Source of the DNA: the human T2T-CHM13v2.0 reference genome, Homo sapiens
Length of the DNA stretch: 64,000 nt
Reading direction: 5' to 3' (one strand)
Assembly (NCBI RefSeq): GCF_009914755.1
Contig: NC_060929.1
Made by a program: the position numbers and the translations under genes. Positions 14,417-31,477 of the stretch are shown here, piece by piece (position 1 is the stretch's first letter; every line of letters starts with the position of its first letter). The notes under the pieces were generated by a model. It did no database searches. It had not been told where the DNA came from and saw nothing but the letters and a program-made list of their open reading frames with translations.

Positions 14417-15898
14417 CTGGCCAAGGCTCCACTCTCCCCCATAGCCTCTTGACTCTATAACCTGATTTACCACCATTACCTGTTTTGGGCTATGTTCTGA
14501 GCCCCCATTCTTTCTGTAACCTCAAGAATGTATAAAACTGTACCCCACTGGGGGACTGTGATGCTCCCAGTGTACACATTAATATGAGCGGTCCATTTTG
14601 GTTTGATATTTGTGTGACCTTTGATATTTTGGGGTACCCATTTAACTTCAGAGAATATCTTTCATAAAAAGGAACTTAAAAGCCAGGGTTATCGGCAGTT
14701 TGTCCTAGCTAAAATCTGATAAGAGATTTGAAAAGATTTTTTTTTTTTTTTTTAAGGAGCTCTACAGTCAGAAGTCAGCTTAATTAAAAGCTAGTTTTCA
14801 ATATATGTATTTAATGGACTTTCTGCTTCTTCTCTTTTTGGATCCTGTTTTGGGGATTTTTTTATTTTTTCAGGTGCCCAAATAACATTTTTAAAATTAC
14901 GTGTTTGGTCCCTCTGTTTGCTTCCTTGTTTTATGAATTGTTTTCCCATTAATTCTATTTATCTCTACTCTTTCTTCCTCTTTGCCTTTTAAAGTACACA
15001 TGAAAGGATCTACAGAGGACGTCTAATGACTCAAACCCCTTAAGGAACACACAAAAAAGGCACCACTCACCTCTCTTCTGCCTTTTCTGTCTTCCTGAGG
15101 AGTCTAAAGTCATGGACAGATTCATCTCAGGTCTAAAACTCTGCTCTCTTTTGTATTACATTACCCGATCGCTTTGGCTTTTGTGGGTACCAGAGATTAC
15201 TTTGTACTATGAGAGAACACTTGACCTTTGTATCTGTGATGGCTGACAAGTCACTGGTGAGAGCTGCAGTTTTGGAGGTAGCTGACAGCAGTTGTTTACA
15301 GTAAATGGTTATTACTACAGGAGGCTACTCCTTTCTTTGTGCATTTGGATAAGAAAGGCATGATTTAAACACTTAGAGAAATGTCTTTGTAGCAAATTTC
15401 ATTGTGAAAGGATTGCTCTGTCCAGTCCCATGGTGGTTCCCTTTTGTGGGGAACCCAGGATTCCGTGTAAAAGTGAAATTCTTTATTTTTTAAAGATCTA
15501 GACGGTCTGCCTTCCAGCTGTGCATGTTTTTCACATGTTTACATTATTAGGCCCTAAAAACTGCAAATACTTTGTTGGCTCTGTTTCTTTATGGACTCCA
15601 CCCTGAGCTCAGTTGTCCAGTTGGGAAAGAGATCAAATTAAAAGCTACCTATCTAAATGAAACTGGTCTTCTTACAAAACCCTATGGTAAATTCCTGTGA
15701 TTTTGTGCTACCTTAGCATCATTCTTTATCTTCCTCTAACTAACACAAAATCATCTTTAAGCTTAAACTTTCCATCACTCTCTGTGCTTTGAGATGTAAA
15801 TTTGCCACTGTTTTCTCTAAAATTCCATAAGGGCTTCAATCATGTGAAACAGATAAACTTTACTTTTTCCAGTTACACAAAAGCACAGTTTGAATCCC

Positions 15899-16200
15899 GT
15901 GTTGTTTGTTTTGTTTTGAGATGGAGTTTCGCTCTTGTTGCCCAGGCTGGAGTGCAATGGCTTGATCTTGGCTCACTCAACCTCTGCCTCCCGGGTTCAG
16001 GCAATTCTCCTGTCTCAGCCTCCTGAGTAGCTGGAATTACAGGCGCCCGCCACTACGCCCAGCAAATTTTTGGTATTTTTAGTAGAGATGGGGTTTCACC
16101 ATGTTGGCCAGGCTGGTCTCGAACTCCTGATCTCAGGTGATCTGCCCGCCTCGGCCTCCCAAAGTGCTGGGATTACAGGCTTAAGCCACCGCATCTGACC
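15899..16200 (-). mobile_element. AluSq/Sx-like SINE inserted in ERV internal region
   Basis: Full antisense Alu, gctcttgttgcccagg. Confidence 0.95.
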
Positions 16201-16977
16201 CCAACTGTCCTTTCAAACTAGTGAGTTTTACCTTTCTCACAGCTAAACTTTTAAAGTCAAGGTTATCATGTCATTATTTGTGTTTGTCTGTATTTCTATG
16301 CATATATGTGTATACATCTATGTTTACATATTGTCTTTATGATGCCAAATCGACTTACAAAACAAATGAGTATTCATAAATTAAAGAAATGATCCCTAAT
16401 GTTTTTCAAATCCAATAATTGTAGTAATCTTTGGTAAATAAAGGTAGTTTTAAAAGTGTTGGTAAAATAAAATAGAAATGTCTTTAGAATTTCAACATTT
16501 TGGCCTGGGTTGTTTAGTGAGACAGGTTTATACTATCTCTGCTAGATGTTTTAAGGTCACAGTATTGTTGTGTCTGTGATATTTCTCATACCTGCTTAAT
16601 TTGTCTTTGAGCTTATATCTTTGGATGTGAGCTTTTCAACTCTGAGGTTTAGACAAGTGACCATAGTAAGGCCTGGGGACAACACCCAGGCCCTATCTTC
16701 CCTGGCTGGGGTGTGGATCTTGGCCATGCTAGGAGGAATCAGATTGTCCAGGCATTGCCTTCATAGCTCTGTCCTTTATCCTACAGTTTGTATCTGTTAT
16801 ATAATTAAAATGGCTTACTTATATCTTTTTCACTGAAAATAAGTGTTATTAAGAGTTAACATTATAATAAGTATATAAATTAAAACTCCTATACATAAGA
16901 AAAACAATTCTATACATAAAGTACAGGAAATTTGTTTTTGTTAAGAAAGGTTATTAAAAAGCATAAAATGTGATTTT

Positions 16978-17282
16978 TTTAAAGAAAATTAAAATATATC
17001 ACCCTGAAATATATTTCTTTGACATATTTTAAAATGGCTGCTGCTTGGGCATAAGGCAGAAGTGGCCTTGCAAAGCTACCTTAAGTAGGAAAAATTTGCA
17101 GCCATAGAGAATCTACCTTAATACGGCAATGTCCCCTCCCCTTTCTACACCTTTCCCCAGATCCCAGAGAGACTGAGAGTCTGACACCTTTCAAAGTCTG
17201 AAAAGAAACATTTACCACCTATTCCCTCTGAGGGAGGCTTCATCTACATAATGAAGGCATTTTTGCTAGCCAGACTTCTTAT
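16978..17282 (+). mobile_element. 5' half of a related MER4-group LTR nested in the ERV internal region
   Basis: aaatatatttctttgacatatttt...cagaagtggcc.tgcaaagct...tagagaatctac shared with LTR starting at 18822. Confidence 0.7.
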
Positions 17283-17805
17283 TTTACTCAGGCTTTGACT
17301 GGAATGGCACATATTCAAATATAAACGAACTACTTCAAGGAACTGAGGTTGACTTTATGGAGCCAATAAGAAACCCCTTGGAAAGACTGGTCTGGTGCCT
17401 TGTCTATATGGTTCTTTTACAAGGTTCCAGACCTAAGGTAAGTACAGAATATCACTTTCTGACAGGTCCAGGAACCTCAAGTTATTTTGGGACCTCAAAA
17501 AAAGAGGAATTCACCCAATTCATACAGGTATTGCAAGCAAAGTCTGATGGTAAATACTTGGCTTGACTTCCTAGCCTCACTGATATCAAAAGTCTAATCT
17601 GAGATTCCTTACGCATTTTCCTTATGAAAATCTTTTAGTAAAGCTGATTTAAAAGAGCCCACACGATCAATCAATATTCTTGATGCAAATAGGCCAAGTA
17701 TGATAAGACTAAAATTTATTTTGCAAATAAGTTAATCCTACTATGATTTTCTCTGGTAGAAATGGGGGGCTGGAGGAAAAAATTGTGTTTCAAAAGAAAA
17801 TTATA

Positions 17806-18102
<297 letters not shown>

Positions 18103-18821
18103 GAAAAAAATGAAAATGATAGTATACCCATTTTTGGATTGTCCGTTGTTTTTGAGTTTTTATTATTTGTCTACAATTTGGACTGAATCCTGAATTGTTT
18201 CCTGGGTACAAGTCTCCAAATTAACATTTTCAAATTTTTCTTCCATTTCTTCTAACTTAGAATCACTAAGAATCACTAAGAAATTAAAACTGTGCTTTTC
18301 TTAAAGCCCTGAAAATGGAAGCTAAACAACTTAAATGAACTTCAGGAGAACGCACACCAACTTACATATAAGCAGCCTTCATGTCTGTTTTGCTGTATAG
18401 GCTACTCAGAAAGTTCACTTAAACACCTGATTAAAACTACAATCCAGAAAAATACCTCAGAGGCGCTAAAAAAACTAGTCTATAGACTACTCCAGACATT
18501 AACCTTTGTTTTTCTTATGTTTCTACAGAAATGCCTCTTGTTAAAAATCTGTTTGCCTACATCATATATACAGGCCTCGCCCATCTGCAATGCCACCACA
18601 TGGGCTGGGACACAGCTGTTCAACTGAACTAATCTATGCTCAGGAGTAAGAGACTGATTCAAGAAGATATGAGATGATATACTTAAATTTGCTGTTTTTT
18701 GCTTATCTCAAGTTGTTTTCCCATTCCTTTGTCCATCTCTAACAACCTCTAACCCAAATCTCTCCAAAGGTATCAGCTTGGTTGTCATATGTGAAACTTT
18801 TTAAAGTTTCAAAGTGGGAAC

Positions 18822-19661
<840 letters not shown>

Positions 19662-20894
19662 AATGCTTATTAGAAAGCTAGGTGATTCTTAATGAGACCA
19701 GTGGGAAACTTTTACTGAGTATCTAGACTATGTTGCTGAAAAATAGTTGTGTAATAATGGAGCAAAGTGATCCTGAAACTCTCTCAAGGGTTTTTTTAGA
19801 ATTTTTGACATATTTCTGAAATAGGACGTCTGAAGATACAATTCCTGACTACTGATTAAAATAAAATTAGAAATAATAATGTATTTGAGGTTGTATGATA
19901 TGATGAAAGACACTGGGTAGAGTTTCAATACTGTTAAAGACAAAACATACTTTACATATGTTTTAATCCTCTGTATTATACAAGGACCAGAAGAAGTATT
20001 GGAGAAAAATAAAATACCTTCAAACTAAAAAAATCCCATTATTAACCTCTGCTTAAAAAGTTAAATGTGTAATTATAGGCTCACTGGGAAAACATAACCA
20101 ATGTAGTTATAAAAAAATTGTATGGTTATTTTGTGGGTGCCAGCAATGAGGTTTTAAGGATTATTTCACAGGGGGTTTAGAAGTAGCAATTGTGAAGTAT
20201 TTTAGGTTGCATAAAACAGGCTTGTCTCATGTTAACTACCCAGCAATTGCAATGGGCCTAATTTACACAATAATTTCTTAGAAGTTACTCTTTTGAAATG
20301 CACTGTGTGATTAACTGACTTGGCTTCAAAAATGGAATGTTGTTTCTACATTTTTGTTCACTTCAACCTAATGCCCCCTAGAGCACAGATCCAATTAAGA
20401 ATTAAGGCAGGGAGGCAGGCAGATATTAAGCACAGTGTTTCTGTATTACACAGTGCTTTTGTATAGGATTGAACACCACCACCTACTGTCTGCAGGCACT
20501 AGATTTATTCAGTGTATCCCTGTGACACTGTGAATATGGCTGATGGAAACCCATGAATATGAGTTAAAGCAAATATCTTAGCAAAGAACTACAACCAGAT
20601 AAATTTACCTTACAGCAAAATTTTTGGTGCTTTTTAAAATAAAAGCCTATCTACACCTAAAAACTTAATTTTCACATAGAAATACAAAGGATAATAACCT
20701 GTTCTATTAATTATTTATATCTGCAGTAAGAATAGAATTTTCCTCTGAAATTAATGTTTTCAACCAAATTGCCATCACGGAAACAATTCTTATGTTTCAA
20801 CAGCATTTACATTTCCCATCTTGTTCAGAAGTCATGCACTTTGTTAGTAGAGGCGAGATCTGTAATCAGTAGAGTCATATACCAAAATTCATGT

Positions 20895-21785
20895 TATTGA
20901 TGAAAAAGAGTCAAACTCTGTAAAATATTTGAAGGAATATATTTTGAGCCAAGTATGAGTGACCAAGGTCTAAGGCACAGTCTCAAGAGGTCGTGAAAAC
21001 ATGTGCCCAAGGTGGCTGGGTTACAGCTTGAGTGTATACAGAAGTTACAGGCAGACATCAATCAATATATGTAAGGTACACATACATTGGTTCAGTCTGA
21101 AAAGGCAAGATAACTGGAAGTGGGGGTTTCCAGGTCTTGGTGGATTCAAATATTTTCTGATTGGCAATTGGTTGAAGGAGTTAAATTATTATCTAACGAC
21201 ATGGAATCAGTAGAAAAGAGTATCTGAGTTAAGATAAGGGGTCCTGGGGACCAAGGTTCTTATTATGTAGATGAAGCCTCCAAGTAGCAGGTTTCAGAGA
21301 AAACAGATGCTAAATGTCTCTTACCAGACCTAAAAAGGTGCCAGACTCTTAGTTAATCTCTCCTGGATCAGAAGGAAACCTGGAAAGGGAAAGGGATTCT
21401 CTACAGAATGCAGATTTTCTTCATAAAAGACAGCCTTGTAAGGGCATTTCAAAATACGTCAAAGAAATATATTTTGGGGTAAAATTCTGACCAAGCCCTG
21501 CTATCTGTCATGTCAAACTGACTCTACACTAGAGTCAGTTTGGAATTTGGTATCTTATTGCAACAAAGAGTCAGTTTTTTCAGTCTTAAGATCTCTTTTT
21601 TAGTGTTAATGCTGGTCAGTTGTGCCTGAATTCCAAAAGGAGGAGAGTATAATGAGGCACATCCGACTCCTCCTTCCCATAACAGCCTGAATTAGATTTT
21701 CAGATTTACTTTGGAATCTCCTTGGCGGAAAGGAAGGATCGATTCAGTTGGTTGGGGAGCCTGGAATTTTATTTTTCATTTTACA
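20895..21785 (-). mobile_element. MER4-family solo LTR
   Basis: aaaagagtcaaactctgtaaaatatttgaag ... gaattttattttt..tttaca ends; 4-bp TSD ATGT (20891-20894, 21786-21789). Confidence 0.85.
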
Positions 21786-21864
21786 ATGTGAACACAGCAT
21801 TTATATTTTGAGAAGTTAGGGTTCCTTACCATTAAGACTGCTTCTTCTAAGATAAGAGCCAGTA

Positions 21865-22216
<352 letters not shown>

Positions 22217-22454
22217 TCAAGCTTTGCTTCACACATAAATGTCCAAGTCATTCCTCCAGCCCCACTCCACCTGCTCTCATCCAGCTTCCCTCCCGCTTCT
22301 ACTCTCTCCGAGTAAATTTCTAGACTGCTGACTCAGCTGAACATCACCTAAGCCCATTACTCTGGGCTGCAAGTTCATCAAGAAGGAAAGAGTTAAGCCT
22401 AACTCTCAACTCTTCATAGAGCATAGATAAGGCCTCCAATATTGTTACGAGGGC

Positions 22455-22600
22455 AGAAGCCTAGTAGTTGAGAAAACATGGAACCAAGAAGTGCACAGAC
22501 TCAACTATAATCCTACCTCTATCCTGACACTATGACCTTTGGAAAGTTACTCAGTGTCTCTGAGCCAGTTATATATTTACATACGAGGATACATGAAAAA
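22455..22600 (+). mobile_element. MIR fragment
   Basis: aatcctacctct...tatgacctttggaaagttactcagtgtctctgagcc core. Confidence 0.55.
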
Positions 22601-22667
22601 TAAGAAGGATTATTACAGAGGATTTATTAAATCCCCTCTGGTAAAAAAAAAAAAATGCTAATGCTGT

Positions 22668-22895
22668 AATGTGGAAAGAGCAGCAGTTGAACCAAGGACA
22701 GGCTCAGATCTCCTGGGTTTAAATCTCAGCTAGATCACTTCCTAGCAATATGACTGTGGGTCTCTGATTTCTTCTCTCTAGCATGGTGATACACCTCATA
22801 GCATTGTTATAAAAATTAAATGAGTCAATATTATCAATAAGTGCTTAGAATAACAGCTGACACATATCAAGTGCTCAATATATGTTTGTTATTGT
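22668..22895 (+). mobile_element. MIR
   Basis: cctgggtttaaatctcagct...attaaatgag...agtgcttagaa...gtgctcaata. Confidence 0.7.
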
Positions 22896-23642
22896 CATTG
22901 TTATTCTAAAAATTTCCAGTGACATACAGGTGTAAGCAGCCACCTGACATGCTGCCTCTATTTCCCAGTAGACAACATTTTACAAAGTAGCAGGCTCTTC
23001 TGTTTTTTCAACTTTTCTTTTTTCCAGTCCTGGAAATAATCCTTTATAACTGCAAAGTGTGGTAGAACATGAACCCCAATGACAGTCCAGAGTGATCATC
23101 TACAAATCCCATTTTTAAAGCATCAAAATAATAATAATAGTAATAATCAAAAAATTATAACATTATTGTTTTGTTTCCAGTCCCTTTTGTAGAATTTATT
23201 TCCTCATCTTTGAACAGACTGAACTTTGCTGTGATCATATGTTTGGCCAAAAGAGATATAAAAAGATTGTAGAACTAAAGTGAAAATAGTTGAATTCTTC
23301 CAATAACTGGAGGTAAGTGGAGCCTTTCAGTAGGAGTTGGATAATAAAATTTGTAATTTAAAGAAATGTACTTTTCAATCAGCTATTTACATTTGTTTAA
23401 GAAAGCAATGTTGTGTAGCAGTATTGCTGAAATGTTATAGAATTAATGCATTATTTTGCTGTTGTCCATGACTGAAGAGGGGAAGATATAAGAAAACTGA
23501 AAAATTATAACCCCCAAATAATCAATATTTAAGAAGGTGTAAAATAGTAAAAATATTTAATGTGAAAAATATCTACCTAATACAAGGAAAATAAAGCAAG
23601 AAACAATCCATCTCCATGGCTTCTCCCTCACCCTCACCTCAG

Positions 23643-23643
<1 letters not shown>

Positions 23644-23682
<39 letters not shown>
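23644..23682. repeat. (AC)19 microsatellite
   Basis: Perfect dinucleotide run. Confidence 0.95.
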
Positions 23683-23685
<3 letters not shown>

Positions 23686-23830
23686 ATAGACAGATATATT
23701 AAGACAGCAGCTTCTTTTATCATGCACAGAGGAATAAAATATTTTCCATTCCTTCCTTAGCTCCATGTAAACTCACAAAACACTGCTCTCTAGGGTTTTC
23801 CAACTTGTGAAACAAAGCATCCATCCCAGA

Positions 23831-24132
23831 GTTTGTTTGTTTTAAGACAAGGTCTTGCTTTGTCACCCAGGCTGGAGTGCAGTAGTGTGATCTCAGTTCA
23901 GTGCAACCTCCGCCACCCAGGCTCAAGCCATTCTCGCATCTCAGCCTCCTGATTAGCTGGGACACAGGTGCATCCCACCATATTTTTTGTGGCTAATTTT
24001 TTTTTTTTTTTTTGGTAGAGACAGGGTTTTACCATGTTGCTCAGGTTAGCCTTGAACTTCTGGCCTTAAACAATCCACCTGCCTTGGCCTCCCAAAGTGC
24101 TGAGATTACAGGCATGAGCCACCATGCCTGGC
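23831..24132 (-). mobile_element. AluJ-like SINE
   Basis: Antisense dimeric Alu; TSD cagagttt. Confidence 0.9.
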
Positions 24133-26078
24133 AGTCTCAGAGTTTATGAAACCATTAAACTATAGATGGCTTAAAGCATACTGGAAATGTAAATGTTCTC
24201 ATAAAGTATGATTAAACATGACCAAAAAAACATATGGCATAACAGCAACAAAACAGAGCAGACAGCTGTATATAGGGACCTGGGCCTGGAATCCTTACTA
24301 TGTCTCCACAGCTTGGAGACTGGTGCTCAGCATCATCAATATGAAGGATCTGACTGACACCTAAGCTAGGAGGGAAAACAAAAGAAACTTTGAAAATGTA
24401 AAATAGTTTCCGACTGATTTTCATAAGAAAGCTGGAAAGCTCAGTGTGTTTAATCGTTTTTACTTAGCAAAGAATTTATCTTTCATATTCTTATAAAGTG
24501 GCTTTCTTCTGTGTTATCAGTAAAAACTAACACTGACCTTCCTCTTGGAAGGTTAAACTTCTAGCTTGTGTTTGAAACGCTAGAGTGCCTTTTCTCAGAA
24601 GAAATGCTACATATACGTGCCGCAAGCAATGAAAAAGAATACACCATCTCTCCGACCCTTCATTAGTCAGAGGATCTTGGCAACAGCAATGCTGCTTGTA
24701 TACGGTCTCTGCATGAAAAACTGTTTTCAAAGGTAACCTTGCCAAGGGCTATGTTCTGTCTTGGCAAAAGGAAGCAAACTTTACTTATCTACCAATCGGT
24801 TTGCTCTGCATGAGAAACAGGTGTTAAGGTATGAAACGGGGCTAGGAGCAGTAGCAAAATAAAACTCACCCAAAATAAGTTTCATCTGGAAAAAACACAC
24901 AACTCAGAGATAATAAGCCTGCAGGGCCAACATGTTTTTGCAAAATGCAAATCATGAAAACTGGTTAAGGGATTAAATGCTCTTTTGCAAAAATGACCAT
25001 GGAGATTATAATCATTAATTAAATTCATGTAAATAATTTTCTGAAAGAACTCTCCTTTTTTATCTCATAGGTTTCAAACAGTCTAATGGTAAAAAGGTTT
25101 AGTCTCAGAAGAGATTCTCTAATTAAAACTAGAAATCTGGTATAATTAATAAGTGTCAGCCTGCAATCTCAACCACTTAGTAAAGGCAGAGAAATCAAAT
25201 GCTGATGTTTTGTAAAAAACCTAATAAAATCTCCAAGAAAATGAAATTTTTATAGGGTCTACTTCCCATCAATACAATAGGTGTCCCAGATGGGACTAGA
25301 AACTTCTTAAAGTAGATAAATATTTTAACACTTACAATTCCTATATGCCAGTTTTATTTGTTTTTCTTTTCTCTTTGGAGTTGTAACTCAACCCAAAAGA
25401 AAGCTTTCAATGATTTAACTTGGGTTTACATTTTTGAATTATCTAAGCTCCCTGATTCTTTCACTTTTTTTCCTCATTATCTTCACCCAGAGGTGAACCA
25501 GAGCAAAAAAGACAAGATGAAAGTCAAACATATCAATTTCAAATTTTGATTACATAGTCTTGCATAGTTCCTCCTTCCTTTCACTGGATGTCCAACTGTA
25601 CGACAGCTTTAGTGTTTATAAGTTTAATTTTAACCACAAGTAACAGTTCAAAGAACAAAGATAACTGGTTTTTAGTAACTAAGTTTTTGGTTTGCAGCTT
25701 GGTCTAGAGTTCTGCCCATACAGGTAAGGTAAACTGATTATTATCTGACAACAACACAGCCAGAGGCATTTTCCAAAAATCCATTTCACATTGTTTGTTG
25801 GTGGCCTCCCCTCCCTATGCAACAGCCCCTGACTTCTACTGGGAAACCAAGGGATTCCAGGAAAAGTTGACTCCACTGGTGGCTCCAAGAATAGATGGCT
25901 GAGCGTAGGCTAAGCTAATTATTCTTCTTTACCTCTGCCACTATTTGAACCCCATGTGGTCCAGGCTGAGCTTATCTCCGGACTGTGCCTGAACACTGTG
26001 TGCCGTTGGGGCTCAGAACATGACACCTCAGTGTATGGTACCTTGGCATACTGAATACTTTGAACAACAGAACACTGG

Positions 26079-26372
26079 GGCTAGGTGTGGTGGCTCATGC
26101 CTGTAATCCAAGCACACTGGGAGGCAGAGACAAGTGGATGGCTTGAGTCCAGGAGTTTGAGACCAGCCTGGGCAACATGGCAAAACCCGGTCTCAACAAA
26201 AAATACAAAAAAATTAGCTGGATGTAGTGGCATGCGCCTGTAGTCCCAGCTACTTGGGAGGATCACTTGAGACTGGGAGGCAATGGCTGCAGTGATCCGA
26301 GATTATGGCACTGCACTCCAGCCTGGGTGACACAGTTAGATGCTGTCTCAGTAATAATAATAACAATAGTAA
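26079..26372 (+). mobile_element. AluJ-like SINE
   Basis: Alu with small right-arm deletion; TSD agaaca(c/t)tgg. Confidence 0.9.
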
Positions 26373-26512
26373 AGAACATTGGAAGAGCCTTAGAAGCAAG
26401 GTCTTTCTGACTTTCTTCCCTTCTCATATCCCCTGCCCCTTTTTTCTGCCCCTACCAAAATCATTCATAGAAATCAGAATTTCTTTCCACCATGGAAGAT
26501 CATAGAAACTGG

Positions 26513-26695
26513 AATTCCTCAATCCCAGACCGTAAAAACCTAGAGAGGTCACAGTCTCCCTTCTCCCTTGAAGATCCTCATTCCAGAGAAGTCCTGCCCC
26601 ATAATTCCTCAATCCCAGACAGTAAAAACCTAGAAAGGTCACAGTCTCCCTTCTCCCTTGAAGATCCTCATTCCAGAGAAGTCCTGCCCCATAAT
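26513..26695. repeat. 90-bp tandem duplication within LTR
   Basis: Copies start at 26513 and 26603; two mismatches. Confidence 0.95.
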
Positions 26696-26983
26696 CGGGA
26701 GGAAAAAATGGTACACAAAGAGGCCGGGAAAAATCTAAACAGACAGGCCTTGGTGGGTCCACCTACCCTCTCATCTATTACCATTAGATCACAGCCTTTT
26801 GTCCAATCACATTTCTACATAGCTGTCTATTCTTCATCAAACCTAAGCATAAAAATAGACAGTTTTCCCTGGGTTTGTGGGTCTTGATTTCTGAAGGCTC
26901 CATGTCACATAAAGCATTAATTAAATAAATTTGTTTTTTCTCGTGTTAACCTGACTTTTTTAATAGGAATGTTGGCTGTGACT

Positions 26984-27286
<303 letters not shown>

Positions 27287-27364
27287 AGCTGTGACTCTTA
27301 CAATGTGTGAGGAAAGGAATCACACCCTTTCACCACTACCGTGGCATACCACCAGATGGTCTTT

Positions 27365-27665
27365 CCTTTCCTGGACTGGCTGGTATGCAGATGTGGGGCC
27401 TCAGTCACCTTGCTACCAACAGAGAGGCCGGCCTGCAGCAAGAGCAAACTGAATAGGACATACGCTTTCCATACACTGTCCATGCACTGAATAGGACAAG
27501 GTCCAGAACACTCTGGTGAATGGAGCTGGAGCTGATGGATTGAGGAAATTCTGAAACCTACCCAACCTCTGAGCCTCTGTTTATATGAGCCTATCAAGGC
27601 CTTGACTTGGTAAGTGCGAGTTGTTGCTTTTGTTACTTGTAACATAAAAGATCCAAACCAATTTA
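27365..27665 (+). mobile_element. MLT1-like MaLR LTR fragment
   Basis: Ends ttttgttacttgtaacataaaagatccaaacc, like MLT1 3' termini. Confidence 0.5.
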
Positions 27666-27713
27666 AATGTATACAAGGTATTCAACTCAATTACTTGGAA
27701 GATTACAATATAC

Positions 27714-28071
27714 TGTGGTAGAGACAGATGCACTGCTCAGATCCCTCTTCAAAGTAAGGACTTGCAGCCAACTACAGGGTGGGGCAGCAGCCAGCCTATT
27801 CCGAACAGCAGCCTGCAACAGTCACTGAGTGAGGCGGAGCATAAACATCCATCCATGTCAACCCAAAGCAGGACACTCCAACAGGGAATATATGCTTGAG
27901 GGCTCCTGTTGGGTTGGCCAACACATCTTTGTGACCGCATCAAAGTTTGAATTTTACCTCTGTTCAATCCTCCTTCTTTCATACTTTCTTCTATGGAGGT
28001 TGACGCCTAGTAAACATCTTATACCCCAATCTCGATCTCAGTGTCTGCTTCCAAAGAATCCAACAGTAACA
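27714..28071 (+). mobile_element. LTR16-like ERVL solo LTR
   Basis: tgtggtagagac...gctcagatccc start; taaacatctt...aatctcgatctcagtgtctgcttcc...aaca end. Confidence 0.7.
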
Positions 28072-28689
28072 AAACATCTCTGTCCTTTTTCATATTATAA
28101 CACACTTTCACATTATAAAAACATAAGCAGAAAAAAAAAGCAATTAAATACATATGAGAAACCACATGTAAACAAACAAAATGCCCCATCTCTCCCCTTT
28201 TCAACCTTCCTTTGATAACACTCTAGCCACATATAGAACAAATGTTGGTGAGGCAGAAAGGCATTATTTAATAAATTGAAGTAATACAATTAAGTTTGCT
28301 GGAAACCTACTTAAAATTGAAAAGGCTTTGAGCAATGTATTTCTCATGAGTCACCAGTTTCGCTTTTTTTAAAAAACAAAAATTGTAAATGTTGGAACAA
28401 GAACCTTTTTCTTATTATTGCCCGTTTTTATTAAAGGGGATTTCATGTATAATCTGGGTAAGATTTAAATATATAGATGATGGGAAATAGATATTTTCAA
28501 TCAAAATTTGCTGTGAAGCAAATTTCTTTTAAGTGATTCCATTTTTAATTAACTGCCATTATAAACCTGGAGATCAATTGAACAATGAAAAGATCACACC
28601 TGGGATTGTAGGTTTTCTTTACAACTAATATATTTAAAGGTATAAAGAACTTTGATAATAATTTAGGGATTCTAGTCTCACTGCCTCAT

Positions 28690-30208
<1,519 letters not shown>

Positions 30209-30238
30209 CAAAGAGTTAAATAAATATAAGTAAAATGC

Positions 30239-30548
30239 TTTTGTTGTTGTTGTTGTTTTGTATTGAGACAGGGTCTCACTTTGTCACCCAGGCTGGAGTA
30301 CAGTGGCACAAACACGGCTCACTGTAGACTCGACCTCCTGGGCTCAAGCAATCTTCCCATCTCAGCCTCCCAAGGAGCTGGGACTGCAGGTGTGTGCCAC
30401 TATACCCAGCTAATTTTTGCGTTTTTTGTAGAGATGGGGTTTAGCCATGTTGATCAAGGCTGGTCTTGAACTCCCAAGCTCAAGCAATCTACCCGCCTTG
30501 GCCTCCCAAAGTGCTGCGATTACAGGTGTGAGCCACCATGCCCAGCCA
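30239..30548 (-). mobile_element. AluJ-like SINE
   Basis: Antisense Alu, ctcgacctcctgggctcaagc; (ttg)n tail. Confidence 0.92.
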
Positions 30549-30880
30549 AAATTGAATGTTTTAATAAGCTTAATCATAACATAAAGAAATAATTAGTAAC
30601 ATGTATCATCACTAAATAATCTGAGTAGATAAAATCTCCTGTTTTGACAAATTATAGACATCTTAAAAATGCTTCCCATGTATGAATTTGATTATGGCAT
30701 ACCACATGGGAGCCATTCACCCTCAGTCTTCCACATTTTCTCCCTTGTATTTCCCTTCATTGTGTGGACCTTCCTTAGCCTACCCAAATAGCCTGAATCA
30801 AGACCACCCTTTCACAATGCCTTCCCTGGCTTCAGCATTTAATGGTCCCCCCTTTTTTTCCACCATAATATTTCTTATGG

Positions 30881-31221
30881 AAGAGGTTGGCAAATTTTTT
30901 CTGTAAAAAGCTTGATAGTAAATAATTTAGGCTTTGCAGGCTATATGGTCTCTATCACAACTACTGTGCTCAGCCACTGTAGCAGAAAAGCATTTGTAAA
31001 CAATATGTAAGTGAATGAACATGGGTGTGTTCCAATAAAATTTAATTTATAGGTAATTAACTAGAATTCCATATAATTTTCATATCATGATAAGTTATCT
31101 TTCTTTTTTAAAAATTTATTTCAACCTTTGAAAATATAAAAGTCAGTTTTAGCATGTGGGCCATACAAAAACAGGCGTTGGCCAGATTTGGCCAATGGAC
31201 TAGGTGGTTTGTTGACCCTCT
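30881..31221 (+). mobile_element. MER58-like hAT-Charlie MITE
   Basis: ggttggcaaa...tctgtaaa...tagtaaata.tttaggctttgcagg ... ggccagatttggcc...tttgttgaccc; inverted termini. Confidence 0.85.
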
Positions 31222-31477
31222 ATCTCACAAGACTTACCGGGGTTTCTCAGAGCACATACCTTGGAAAGTTAGTTTTACTTGAGGATATTTTAAGGGGTTT
31301 TCAAATGCCTGGTTGTATTTTATAGGTTAAACATGAATACATAGTCACTATCATCTCTTTTTGTATACTAAAATAACCAATTATTTAACTTGTGCCACTA
31401 AGTTTTTGTTGTTGTTGTTTCCTCTGTTGGGTGTGCGTGGGGGTGCTGCTTAAAAGAAACTCTTCTTGCCCTCTTAT

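Noticed and set aside
20370-20386. CTCF-like GCTCTAGGGGGCA (minus strand); weaker matches near 27349 and 33750
   Set aside because: Mismatches at informative positions; a motif alone is not evidence of binding
27298-28215. 115-aa and 128-aa ORFs
   Set aside because: Largely within MLT1/LTR16-like LTR sequence
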